UHGV virus genome: UHGV-0375243
DNA length: 38,331 nucleotides
Source of the DNA: a virus
Direction: 5' to 3' (one strand)
How positions within the stretch are numbered: the first letter of the stretch is position 1; each line of letters begins with the position of its first letter. The notes under the pieces were generated by a model that was not told the DNA's origin, searched no databases, and saw nothing but the letters and a program-made list of their open reading frames with translations. Position numbers and translations under genes: made by a program. Positions 29,127-37,882 of this stretch are shown one piece after another.

Positions 29127-29627
29127 ATGAATATGAAAGACAGAATCAAGTTTAACGATGTAATGCTAGAGGCTGTCATGGATGGCAGAAAAACGCAGAC
29201 ACGCAGACCAATTGAGCCACAACCAAAAGTAACCGAAGATGGGTTACGCTATCTTAGCGCATGGCAAGATGGTTACACACTATCAGAGAAAGTATGCGCA
29301 GCATATCGGCATGGATTTGTTGATGTTGATTGCCCGTACGGTGAGATTGGCGACATTATCAACATTGCAAACAAGGGCGGTAATATCAAAGGAAAAATTG
29401 AAATTACTGATATTTGGTTGCAACAGGTTCAGGAAATATCACAGCAAGACGCAATGAAAGAAGGTGCGCCACCAAATCACGCCTCCATTGACGCTGTATC
29501 GCGTGAGTATGGTTTCCCTGATTTTTCGCGTTCATGGTTCGCTCAAACATGGATAGATATATACGGAAAAGATAACTGGGTAAGTAACGAATGGGTATGG
29601 GTTATTGAGTTCAAAAAGGTGGAGTGA
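29127..29627 (+). CDS. ASCH-domain-like protein
   Basis: The motif KFNDVMLEAVMDGRKTQTRRP is ASCH-like. The likely start is the ATG at 29133. Confidence 0.4.
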   Translation: MNMKDRIKFNDVMLEAVMDGRKTQTRRPIEPQPKVTEDGLRYLSAWQDGYTLSEKVCAAYRHGFVDVDCPYGEIGDIINIANKGGNIKGKIEITDIWLQQVQEISQQDAMKEGAPPNHASIDAVSREYGFPDFSRSWFAQTWIDIYGKDNWVSNEWVWVIEFKKVE

Positions 29628-29881
29628 TGGATAAATCAAGGCAGCAATTTGAAGAGTGGCGCAGTAAGAATAAATCATCAACGATAAATCTATTCGATGT
29701 ATGGCAAGCATCACGCGAGAATGCCGAGCCAGAAATTAAACATCACCAACTAAGAGAGCTCGTTAATACTGCAAGAGATACGGCAATTAAATATCAAGGG
29801 TGTCAATGCTTACGTTCAGCGTTATCAACAGCCATAAGACACAGCTTAATCTGTAATGGAGTGAAAATAAAAGATGAATAA
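29624..29881 (+). CDS. Hypothetical protein
   Basis: An 85 aa ORF, coupled to its neighbours. Confidence 0.3.
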   Translation: MMDKSRQQFEEWRSKNKSSTINLFDVWQASRENAEPEIKHHQLRELVNTARDTAIKYQGCQCLRSALSTAIRHSLICNGVKIKDE

Positions 29882-30374
29882 AAATGAACTTCAAGTATTA
29901 ATCGATTATACCAAAGGCATGATTGCAGATAATAAAGAACCAGAAAAGAAAGTTATTATTGCATTGTGTGATGAGTTGGAATCATTAATTAAAACTAATG
30001 AAGATAATAATAAGTTAATAGAGGCATTTTGCGCTGATGATGTTGATTGGAATAAATTAATAGATAAAAAGAACATGGAAAGCTCGCGATTAATTGAACT
30101 AATCATGAAGCTAGCCGATGAGCTTTGTAATAGTAAAAGAAAGCAAATGAAATTAGGCGTTATATATGCTCGTAATCATTTAATTAGTGCATACAGAGCT
30201 AACTTTATAGAGTGTGATGAGAAGCAGTTCGCTTATATCATGGCCCAATTATCTCAAATTGCAAAGGAATCTATCGATATTGAATTAATGATGGATAGTG
30301 TTTTGTCATGCAATGATGAAGCTGAAAATTGGATTAAATCAAAGTTGGTATATAAAAATGAAACCAATACTTGA
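29874..30374 (+). CDS. Hypothetical protein in the low-GC island
   Basis: A 166 aa ORF that is very AT-rich. Confidence 0.3.
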   Translation: MNKNELQVLIDYTKGMIADNKEPEKKVIIALCDELESLIKTNEDNNKLIEAFCADDVDWNKLIDKKNMESSRLIELIMKLADELCNSKRKQMKLGVIYARNHLISAYRANFIECDEKQFAYIMAQLSQIAKESIDIELMMDSVLSCNDEAENWIKSKLVYKNETNT

Positions 30375-30831
30375 TATGTGCTGTGGCTCTCGTATGTTTT
30401 ATTTTGATAAACAAGACGACCGAGTTTTATTTAATGATATTAGAGCAGAAGAACATATTTTATGTGATGGAAGAATTTTAAATATAACACCAGATATTAT
30501 TTCTGATTTTAAAAACCTTCCATTACCAGATAATACTTTTTATCAAGTACTATTTGACCCACCTCATTTAATCAGAGTTGGTAAAAATAGCTGGATGTTT
30601 AAAAAATATGGTTCGTTAAATAAAGACTCATGGAGAGAAGATTTAAGTAAAGGGTTTAGTGAAGCATTTAGAGTGTTAAGACCCGGAGGAACATTGCTGT
30701 TCAAATGGAATGAAACCCAAATACCTGTTAAACAAATTTTAGCACTAACAGACCAAAAACCAACAGCAGTACAGCGTGTAGGTAAGAACGATAAAACGCA
30801 CTGGATCTCTTTTCTTAAGGAGGTTAAATGA
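30358..30831 (+). CDS. Small SAM-dependent DNA methyltransferase (DPPH motif)
   Basis: The start was corrected to the ATG at 30358. Motif I-like (LDMCCGSRMFYFD) and motif IV (FDPPH) are present, plus LRPGGTLLFKW. Confidence 0.45.
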   Translation: MKPILDMCCGSRMFYFDKQDDRVLFNDIRAEEHILCDGRILNITPDIISDFKNLPLPDNTFYQVLFDPPHLIRVGKNSWMFKKYGSLNKDSWREDLSKGFSEAFRVLRPGGTLLFKWNETQIPVKQILALTDQKPTAVQRVGKNDKTHWISFLKEVK

Positions 30832-31469
30832 AAAAATACGACCTTATCTATTGTGATCCTCCGTGGGATTACAAAAATAAAGTTTCAAACGGTGCTGCTA
30901 AAAATCATTATCCAACAACTTCCCTCTTCAATTTAACTCATATCCCTATTCATTCTATTGCATCTGATAACGCAGTTCTTGCCATGTGGTATACAGGTAA
31001 TTTTGTACTCGAGGCTATTAAATTAGCCGAAGCGTGGGGCTTTAAAGTGCGCACAATGAAAGCTTTTACTTGGGTTAAGTTTAATCCTTTAGCATGGCAA
31101 CGAATTGATAAAGCCATTCAAAACAGCGAGTTATTTGATTATCACGACCTATTTGAACTATTAGATGCTGAAACAAAAATGAATGGGGGAAACTACACCA
31201 GAGCCAATAGTGAAGATGTTTTAATCGCTACTCGAGGTAATGGATTACAGCGCATTAGTGCTAGCGTTAAACAAATCGTATTTAGTTGTTTAGGTGAGCA
31301 TAGCGAAAAGCCGTGGGAAGTAAAAAACCGTCTTGAACAGTTGTACGGTGATGTAAATCGCATTGAGCTATTCGCTCGTGACATGTCACAAGGTTGGGAT
31401 GCATGGGGTAATCAATGTCCTAACAACAGTATCGAACTTATCAACTCTCATTTTATTTGTAAGGAATAA
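30828..31469 (+). CDS. MT-A70-family N6-adenine DNA methyltransferase
   Basis: The motif IYCDPPWDY lies at the N-terminus and SEKP downstream. An ATGA overlap links it to the upstream methyltransferase gene. Confidence 0.65.
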   Translation: MKKYDLIYCDPPWDYKNKVSNGAAKNHYPTTSLFNLTHIPIHSIASDNAVLAMWYTGNFVLEAIKLAEAWGFKVRTMKAFTWVKFNPLAWQRIDKAIQNSELFDYHDLFELLDAETKMNGGNYTRANSEDVLIATRGNGLQRISASVKQIVFSCLGEHSEKPWEVKNRLEQLYGDVNRIELFARDMSQGWDAWGNQCPNNSIELINSHFICKE

Positions 31470-31471
31470 AT

Positions 31472-31669
31472 ATGCCTGATATCGCAGATGATGCTAATGA
31501 CTTAACGGCTCTACAAATCAATACCGCATTAGCAAACAGAGAGCCACCAGCAAAAAGCTTAACGGGATTTTGTATCTGGTGTCGTGAAGAGCCTGTAACA
31601 GAGAACAGCGCTTACTGTTCTAAAGAGTGTGGTGATGATCACGCTCAGTACAAAAGGAAAAATGGCTAA
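31472..31669 (+). CDS. C4 zinc-finger protein (TraR/DksA-like?)
   Basis: The motif CIWCREEP...CSKECGDDH is present. Confidence 0.3.
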   Translation: MPDIADDANDLTALQINTALANREPPAKSLTGFCIWCREEPVTENSAYCSKECGDDHAQYKRKNG

Positions 31670-31857
31670 TGATTATTTTACTCACATTATTAGCTGTGTA
31701 CTTATGGCTTGCTGGATACCTATTTTCAGAGTCTAAGCACGAAAGCGACAATATAAAAGATATTGTGGCCAGACTGTTTTACTCAACAATCTGGCCTGTT
31801 GTTGGTGTGCTTTACCTATCGTCACTACTTGCTTATAAAACACTTGGCGAAGAATGA
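31669..31857 (+). CDS. Small membrane protein (2 TM)
   Basis: A 62 aa protein with two hydrophobic helices. Confidence 0.3.
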   Translation: MIILLTLLAVYLWLAGYLFSESKHESDNIKDIVARLFYSTIWPVVGVLYLSSLLAYKTLGEE

Positions 31858-31864
31858 CCAAGCG

Positions 31865-33079
31865 TTAATCTTTCTCTTTTATCCATTCATCCACCATATC
31901 AGCCCACTCTTGTAACATCTTCCTGCGCTGTTCAGCATATTCAGCCTTGTTGTAAACAGCTCTAACACCATTTTGAACGTGTGCTAAACATTTCTCTATC
32001 CAATCTGAGTTATAACCTGCTTCGTGCAATAGCGTACTTGCTGTGCGTCGTAAATCGTGAACGGTAACCGGTTCGAACTCAATACCCTTCTCATTGATAC
32101 GTTTTACGGTGCCATCAATCACGTTATTCAATGCAGCATTAGAAAGTGGCTTTTTAATATCATATCGACCAGGCATTAAGTAATTGCTTCCCATCGCACA
32201 AACTTTCATTCCTGTGAGGATATCCATTGCTTGGTCAGAGAGATAAATAACATGCTCTTTTCTCCCCTTCATTCGCCCTTTAGGGATCACCCATTGCCTA
32301 TTTTTAAAGTCTATTTCATCCCATGTAGCGTGAATAAACTCAGACTTTCTGACTAATGTTAGCAAGACAAACTTAACGGCCAATTTTAAGGTTGGATAAC
32401 AACTATAGTTTTCTAGTTCACGAAATAAGATACCGATTTCTTTCGGTGACATTGCCCTTTCTCGTGCCTGAAAAGTCCCTATGGAAGATGCTTTTATTGC
32501 ATCTGCTGGGTTACTAATTTCATAACCTCTATCTATGGCATAAGTAAAAACAGATCCAACAATCTCACGTACTTGTAATGCGGTCGCTTTTGCGCCTCTA
32601 TCCTTTATCTTTTCACACAAAGCTCTAAGCCGTGGTGTGGTGATCTCTTCTAGTTGAAGCTTGCCGAATACAGGATAGATTTCTTTTTCAATAATTGCTT
32701 CTTTCATGGCCCTTGTAGATTCGGCATATTGAGCATCATTAAGATATCTGACGGTATATTCACGAAACACCGTCTTATTCTTTTTCGACTCCACACCGTC
32801 ACGTTTTCTCGAAGCCGGTGATATACCTGCATTTAAGAGTTTTTTGGCTTCAATTAGCATTTCTCTCGCTTTAGCTAACGAAACACCGTCAGGACCATAA
32901 CTACCAAAGTATATCGTCTCTCTTCTCCCATTAAATCGATAGTCATATCGAAACGATAAAGTCCCGCCAGTATTGACTGCCACGTATAAACCATCTCGAT
33001 CTGCGACTTTATAAAGCTTCTCTTTTGGCTTTAAGCTTTTTAATTTTGTATCGGTTAGCATGCTTTCACCTTTCGGCAA
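31865..33079 (-). CDS. int: Tyrosine integrase (P4-type with DUF4102-like N-domain)
   Basis: The N-terminal LYVAVNTGGTLSFRYDYRFNGRR and the C-terminal HDLRRTASTLLHEAGY...HV catalytic region match this family. Confidence 0.85.
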   Translation of the reverse strand: MPKGESMLTDTKLKSLKPKEKLYKVADRDGLYVAVNTGGTLSFRYDYRFNGRRETIYFGSYGPDGVSLAKAREMLIEAKKLLNAGISPASRKRDGVESKKNKTVFREYTVRYLNDAQYAESTRAMKEAIIEKEIYPVFGKLQLEEITTPRLRALCEKIKDRGAKATALQVREIVGSVFTYAIDRGYEISNPADAIKASSIGTFQARERAMSPKEIGILFRELENYSCYPTLKLAVKFVLLTLVRKSEFIHATWDEIDFKNRQWVIPKGRMKGRKEHVIYLSDQAMDILTGMKVCAMGSNYLMPGRYDIKKPLSNAALNNVIDGTVKRINEKGIEFEPVTVHDLRRTASTLLHEAGYNSDWIEKCLAHVQNGVRAVYNKAEYAEQRRKMLQEWADMVDEWIKEKD

Positions 33080-33080
33080 A

Positions 33081-33377
33081 ACACCGTCAAAAAATAGATT
33101 TTATTGCGACGGTGTTTGGTTGAAATTATTTTTATTTATAAATGACACCGTCACATATACCGTCATTTTTTTCGGTTCTTGTCAACCATTACTAACCATA
33201 GAAAACAAAAAAGCCACCAGTAACATACTGATGGCTCTTGGTTTTTTAACCTTTATCAACTATTGCTGATAAACGTTATTTTATTCCCACTCAATTATAT
33301 TCTAGTAATTTAACTCACTGATAAATATAAATTATATCTAAATTAGATATCACTAACACCGTCACCGATACCGTCAT
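33081..33377. repeat. attP-like region with arm-type ACCGTCA repeats
   Basis: Direct ACCGTCA copies lie at 33083, 33147, 33159, 33358 and 33369. An inverted pair AACACCGTC/GACGGTGTT lies at 33080..33116, directly upstream of int. Confidence 0.45.
33201..33247 (-). terminator. Terminator (mostly minus-oriented) after the lysis cassette
   Basis: The hairpin GCCACCAGT-AACAT-ACTGATGGC is flanked by an A-run upstream and a T-run downstream on the plus strand. Confidence 0.5.
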
Positions 33378-33678
33378 TATGAAATCTGTCTACTTTTTCA
33401 TCGGTAAGAATTGAGGAGTTTTTCCTTTGCTTCCAGCTCTGAAATACAAAGGTTGAGTGTTCTGGTATTTTCATCTGCACGCTGAGCTTCACGCCCATAT
33501 CGTTCAAGTGTTTCTCGTAGTTGTCGAGAAAGTTCACTGGCTTTGGCTTTCTCAACTCGGCAGGTATTGGCGTTATCGGTACTTGCAACTTCTGTTTGCG
33601 TGGTACCGGTTGAGAGCCGCACCCTGTCAAAGTGATTAAGAACACGATCAAGCAAAGCATCTGTGCGTATCGTATCAT
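33343..33678 (-). CDS. o-spanin (Rz1-like lipoprotein), overlapped with the i-spanin gene
   Basis: The start was set to the internal Met at 33678. The signal peptide MIRYAQMLCLIVFLITLTGC carries the lipobox LTGC, and the mature part is Pro-rich. The gene starts inside the i-spanin ORF in another frame and runs 55 nt past its end. Confidence 0.55.
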   Translation of the reverse strand: MIRYAQMLCLIVFLITLTGCGSQPVPRKQKLQVPITPIPAELRKPKPVNFLDNYEKHLNDMGVKLSVQMKIPEHSTFVFQSWKQRKNSSILTDEKVDRFHNDGIGDGVSDI

Positions 33679-33892
33679 GCTGTTGTGCGTCATGGTATAT
33701 CTCCAACCTATTTTGCTGTTCATTGTCTGCTTGTTTACGCAGATCAATATTTGTGGCCATATCCTTTTCATCTAGCTGATTACCAGTAATCTGTTTACTC
33801 ATTGCTCGGTTATCAAAATAAATACCGCCAGCAACAAAGCCAGCGGTAAAGGAAACAGCCAAAGCAATTAACGCTATGACGGTTTTATTCAT
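33398..33892 (-). CDS. i-spanin (Rz-like)
   Basis: An N-terminal TM segment (VIALIALAVSFTAGFVAGGIYF) is followed by a periplasmic charged coiled-coil region. Confidence 0.55.
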   Translation of the reverse strand: MNKTVIALIALAVSFTAGFVAGGIYFDNRAMSKQITGNQLDEKDMATNIDLRKQADNEQQNRLEIYHDAQQHDTIRTDALLDRVLNHFDRVRLSTGTTQTEVASTDNANTCRVEKAKASELSRQLRETLERYGREAQRADENTRTLNLCISELEAKEKLLNSYR

Positions 33893-33907
33893 TAATCATT
33901 ACCATTA

Positions 33908-34375
33908 TTAAATTAATGAAAAAGCTCTATCGAAAACATCATCAACATAAGGTTGTTGAGCATTTTCAACAGAAATGATTGCTTTTGCCATTTTGATTGA
34001 TGTTGATTTATCAAATAGGTTTAAGCATTCGTGACGATCAAAGCCAGTATCCTTGCAAACTCGTTTAATATAATTTTCAGTATGGTTGTTATCAGATGAT
34101 GGCGCCCATCGTTCTATGATTTCTTCAACAGTATCTATTTTGTCACAACAACCAACATTAGACTTACCTTTTTGCTTACTATAAGTTTGAAGCAATTTCA
34201 TTAATGCCCGAACACCATAATAAACATTGATAAAGGTGCAAAACTTATCATCACTTTGTACTGTTGCTAGGCCTTGCCATTTAGAAGAACCATGTCGAAT
34301 ATTGCCCGGATTATTATTTCTGATACCTCTTACGCCAGTGTTAACGTAATCGTCTTTAAAAACTGACATATTCAC
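33908..34375 (-). CDS. Endolysin (unclassified muralytic domain with RNNNPGNIR motif)
   Basis: The gene sits between the holin-like genes and the spanins. It is homologous to an internal segment of the virion protein at 4785..7868. Confidence 0.5.
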   Translation of the reverse strand: MNMSVFKDDYVNTGVRGIRNNNPGNIRHGSSKWQGLATVQSDDKFCTFINVYYGVRALMKLLQTYSKQKGKSNVGCCDKIDTVEEIIERWAPSSDNNHTENYIKRVCKDTGFDRHECLNLFDKSTSIKMAKAIISVENAQQPYVDDVFDRAFSLI

Positions 34376-34644
34376 CCCTTTATAAACTTTATGACATTAC
34401 CTTTACTGACCAACAACGTTGTGCAGATCAGGATATTGGCAAAGATGTTGTAGATATCAGCGTGATAATTAGGATCGAAGTAAGCGCGAATAGGTACGCT
34501 TGAAGAGTAAGCAAGAATGAGGAAAGCTAACCATCCACCTTTTTTACAGTGTTGTCTGCCATCACGTTTAAAATAGAACACACGTAGAAAAATGACGGTA
34601 CAGATGATGGCATTAACAATAGTGAGCAATGTTTCGCATTTCAT
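34372..34644 (-). CDS. Holin- or antiholin-like small membrane protein
   Basis: A 90 aa protein with about 3 TM segments, coupled to the endolysin gene. Confidence 0.4.
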   Translation of the reverse strand: MKCETLLTIVNAIICTVIFLRVFYFKRDGRQHCKKGGWLAFLILAYSSSVPIRAYFDPNYHADIYNIFANILICTTLLVSKGNVIKFIKG

Positions 34645-35012
34645 TGTTGCCCTCCTTGTTTCGGTATATCAGCCCTTCCGTATGCTTTTACGCTTAACTT
34701 AACCACAAGCAAAGCGGAAACAAAAGCACCTACGGCATCGATATGTTCGATTTCGTATTGCTCCGGTTTCACACCGAAAAGACCAGTAACAGAAATAAAG
34801 ATAGTTGCTGCAGGGCTAAAGAATATAAGACCACAAACGAAGCTTAGAAAGGCTAATACCGATCTACGTTTAAAGCTATATTCAGTAGCTGCAGTAGTAA
34901 AGAAGATGGCTCCCAACAGCGAACCCATAACAACTTCTGCTGGAAGCCCTGCGAAGTAACCAAGAAAAGCAGTAGTGCCAATCCCAGCTTTTGTGTAGAC
35001 ATCTTCTTGCAT
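34641..35012 (-). CDS. Holin-like membrane protein
   Basis: A 123 aa protein with 3-4 TM segments and a charged C-terminus. It is the first gene of the lysis cassette. Confidence 0.4.
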   Translation of the reverse strand: MQEDVYTKAGIGTTAFLGYFAGLPAEVVMGSLLGAIFFTTAATEYSFKRRSVLAFLSFVCGLIFFSPAATIFISVTGLFGVKPEQYEIEHIDAVGAFVSALLVVKLSVKAYGRADIPKQGGQQ

Positions 35013-35014
35013 GA

Positions 35015-35054
35015 GTGTAGTACCAGTGATTAATGAATAATCATGATACTACAC
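35015..35054. promoter_or_regulatory. Nested dyad at the holin translation start
   Basis: GTGTAGTA...TACTACAC arms with a 24-nt spacer enclose TGATTA-ATGAA-TAATCA. Confidence 0.35.
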
Positions 35055-35086
35055 AACCAGAGAGATAAACAAAAATGCTTAAAAGA

Positions 35087-37321
35087 TTAAGATGAGTAAA
35101 AATCATTACTATTACTTGAATTAAATATAGTAATCATTCTTTTACCTGTTATTGTTTCAGAATTCTTTCCATTGATAGATGAGTATTGGTTCAAAGCCTG
35201 TATCTTAATTCTTTTTTCTGGGTTTTTTACAATTAATGTATACGAAAAATATAATCCTTTTCCGTATGTTAATGATGGTAAATTAACAGTAACCTCATCA
35301 TATAATGAGTTATCTATAATATAATTCTCAAAACCATTATTTAAATCAAAAGATTTATCACTTACTTCTAATGTTTGCCTTTTTAAAAAAACTAAATTAG
35401 CTCCATTTACACATGAGTAAATTTGATTTTTCAGTGTGTAAATAGAATCATGAAAATTAAGACCAATAAAGCAAGTCCCGCTTGTAACTTGAACAACCCT
35501 TCCTATGTGATTTACAAATGTGTTATCAGAAAGTAAAATGCCAGAGTTAAAACTATTGCTAGAATTTTTTGAATTAATTAAAACTCCTGTTTCTCTATCA
35601 GAAAAATACCCACACATACTAAATCTATTATTTTTAATTTCACCACATGATCCTGTATACCACACATGCGAAATTGAATGTTCAACTACGTTATTTGATA
35701 CAATACAATTAGTAATATTATGTGTAAATGTATTTCCGTCACCACCATAACTTACCGTGTCTATACTTATAGGATATCCGCAACCAAGAATATAATTACC
35801 ATCAATAAGTATATTTCTTGAGTCAATACCAGCCGTTACACCACGACTTAAATTTAAATATCTATTATTTATAGATGTCAGCCTATTTGTATAAGCAACA
35901 AAAGGCTTACTAGATGAATTTAATGATAGTATACATATATGAGTTATATTTGCCACTCCATTAATATTTATTTCAAAAGAGCTCAATGAATTAACTTTTG
36001 AATAAAAAACATTATGATTGTTTTTTGACAAAATAGATGAATTAACACTAATACTAATATCACCATCAGAAATTACATATATTGCACAAGGATTATTAAA
36101 AAATAAATTATTATTAAAAACCAACTTACCATTACCACTTACAATATTTTTATTTATATTTACCCCTCTCTTATCCCAAGAATCATCGGATTCAAGATAG
36201 TAAGCAGGAAGTACGTAGTATGGAGATGATGAATCAAAAAATTCATTTCTACATTCAATAGATATCCCCATACCTGAACTAACATGAGTAAATTCAGTAC
36301 TATCAATTATAGAGTCTTTAATCTCAAATCTAGTTTTATTATTGCTTTTATACCAATTTGTACCATTCCCGTATGCAATAGGCCCATTATCTGTTTTTGT
36401 TATACAATCATATAAACCAGTAACTCCATCTGCTGATATTGTTCCATTACTTTCACGATTACTTGATTTAAAACAACAATATTTTGAATTTTTAAAAACG
36501 CAATTATATGCGCGATAATGTCCAAGCAATGTATATATGTATGGGCTATTTAGTTTTGATTTAGAATCAAAAGAACAACCAATAAATATTATATCACCTT
36601 CTTTATTCCTAGTGTCGAATAAACCTATTTTACCATAAATACCTTCGTGTTTAATCGTACTATCTCCTGAATATAATATTTTTGTTTCATTCCCTATTAT
36701 TGTTAATTTTTTTGATTCAGAGAAATATGGTTTATCCATTTCTATCTGTCCTATATCACCAATATAGCACTTACCATACGCAATCTCTGACATTTTTAAT
36801 GCGTGATAAAAATCACCATTAAAGTTCAATATATTATAATCTGGAGAATACTTTAGTGATCCAATATTAATTAAATTATATTCGTCTGGTTTTGTATTTG
36901 GGGTAATAGTTATTTTATTTTTAGTACTGTTCTTATAATAAAACCCTTCATAAAAACATGATTCATTAACTTCTATGTTACCACCTAAATCAAATATTGT
37001 AGGGTTATTTTTTATAATACTTACCCATTTACCTTCAGGGTTATCTGGTGACCAAATACCTCCATCATTTCGAGGATCATCACCCAATTCATGTGGCAAA
37101 ACACCTCGGTATAGATACCATTCATTATTATACATAACAATTTGGTTTTGCTTTGATAGTATTTTACCTCTTTCCCATAAACCAATTGGTGATAAATAAC
37201 AATCCCCCATATAATTTATAATGTAATTAGAGACATATTCACCTAAATATTCTTTATTTACTGCATTCTTTTTTATTTTTTGGGTTATCAATATTACTAA
37301 TACGATTACCTTTAGCATCAT
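35087..37321 (-). CDS. Tailspike distal part (beta-helix-like receptor-binding or depolymerase region), out of frame with the N-terminal part
   Basis: An N/S/I/Y-rich protein with repetitive beta-helix-like segments. GC is about 28-30 percent. The 5' end overlaps ORF 37254..37724 by 68 nt, shifted +1 in frame. Confidence 0.5.
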   Translation of the reverse strand: MMLKVIVLVILITQKIKKNAVNKEYLGEYVSNYIINYMGDCYLSPIGLWERGKILSKQNQIVMYNNEWYLYRGVLPHELGDDPRNDGGIWSPDNPEGKWVSIIKNNPTIFDLGGNIEVNESCFYEGFYYKNSTKNKITITPNTKPDEYNLINIGSLKYSPDYNILNFNGDFYHALKMSEIAYGKCYIGDIGQIEMDKPYFSESKKLTIIGNETKILYSGDSTIKHEGIYGKIGLFDTRNKEGDIIFIGCSFDSKSKLNSPYIYTLLGHYRAYNCVFKNSKYCCFKSSNRESNGTISADGVTGLYDCITKTDNGPIAYGNGTNWYKSNNKTRFEIKDSIIDSTEFTHVSSGMGISIECRNEFFDSSSPYYVLPAYYLESDDSWDKRGVNINKNIVSGNGKLVFNNNLFFNNPCAIYVISDGDISISVNSSILSKNNHNVFYSKVNSLSSFEININGVANITHICILSLNSSSKPFVAYTNRLTSINNRYLNLSRGVTAGIDSRNILIDGNYILGCGYPISIDTVSYGGDGNTFTHNITNCIVSNNVVEHSISHVWYTGSCGEIKNNRFSMCGYFSDRETGVLINSKNSSNSFNSGILLSDNTFVNHIGRVVQVTSGTCFIGLNFHDSIYTLKNQIYSCVNGANLVFLKRQTLEVSDKSFDLNNGFENYIIDNSLYDEVTVNLPSLTYGKGLYFSYTLIVKNPEKRIKIQALNQYSSINGKNSETITGKRMITIFNSSNSNDFYSS

Positions 37322-37724
37322 AGTAGTTCGAGAGATAGGTAGGTTTTCGTAGACTTAGAGAGAAAGTACCTAATGCTTTTTGAATTAACATCGTTAGATA
37401 ATCAAAGGCATCTTCATGTACTTCAGCAAAGAATTTCCCCTGATTACGTAAGTCAGTTTCTTGTACAACAGGTAAATCGCGTTCTAATAATATCTTCCAG
37501 CCTTTGACTAATGGTTTATTTAAAACCACCTTACCGCCATGATAAGAACCTGCACCAACAATAGTGTAATCAGTACCATTCTTTAATGTAGTTTCATTAC
37601 CTTCGCTGTCAGCAACCACCACGGTCAAATGCTTACTTTCAAAGATACGGAATCGAAAATCAAAATCCGTTGTTACGCCATTGCCTACATACTCTTCATG
37701 GCTTAGTTCAGTAGATACCGTCAT
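37254..37724 (-). CDS. Tailspike N-terminal particle-anchor domain
   Basis: A conserved N-domain (MTVSTELSHEEYVGNGVTTDF...TDLRNQGKFFAEVHEDAFDYLTMLIQ). It ends prematurely within an A6-T-A6 tract. Confidence 0.55.
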   Translation of the reverse strand: MTVSTELSHEEYVGNGVTTDFDFRFRIFESKHLTVVVADSEGNETTLKNGTDYTIVGAGSYHGGKVVLNKPLVKGWKILLERDLPVVQETDLRNQGKFFAEVHEDAFDYLTMLIQKALGTFSLSLRKPTYLSNYYDAKGNRISNIDNPKNKKECSK

Positions 37725-37882
37725 TGCTCATCTCCTCTGGTGTTAATGAGGATATGATACGTTTAACCATAAAATATATCCATATTTGCAATAATGGTTA
37801 TCAAATAGATAATTAGATTAACCATTTAGATAAACATTTTAATGCATTTACGTTATTATAGTTTGCGTGACCGTTTTCATTA

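Noticed and set aside
33060-33269. A 69-aa plus-strand ORF in the int-upstream region
   Set aside because: It spans the attP-like AT-rich repeat region, has no RBS and gives a hydrophobic junk translation.
37725-37882. Possible extra gene between the tailspike and ORF 37883
   Set aside because: There is no ORF of credible length. The region carries TAACCAT/ATGGTTA operator half-sites and is better explained as a divergent promoter region.
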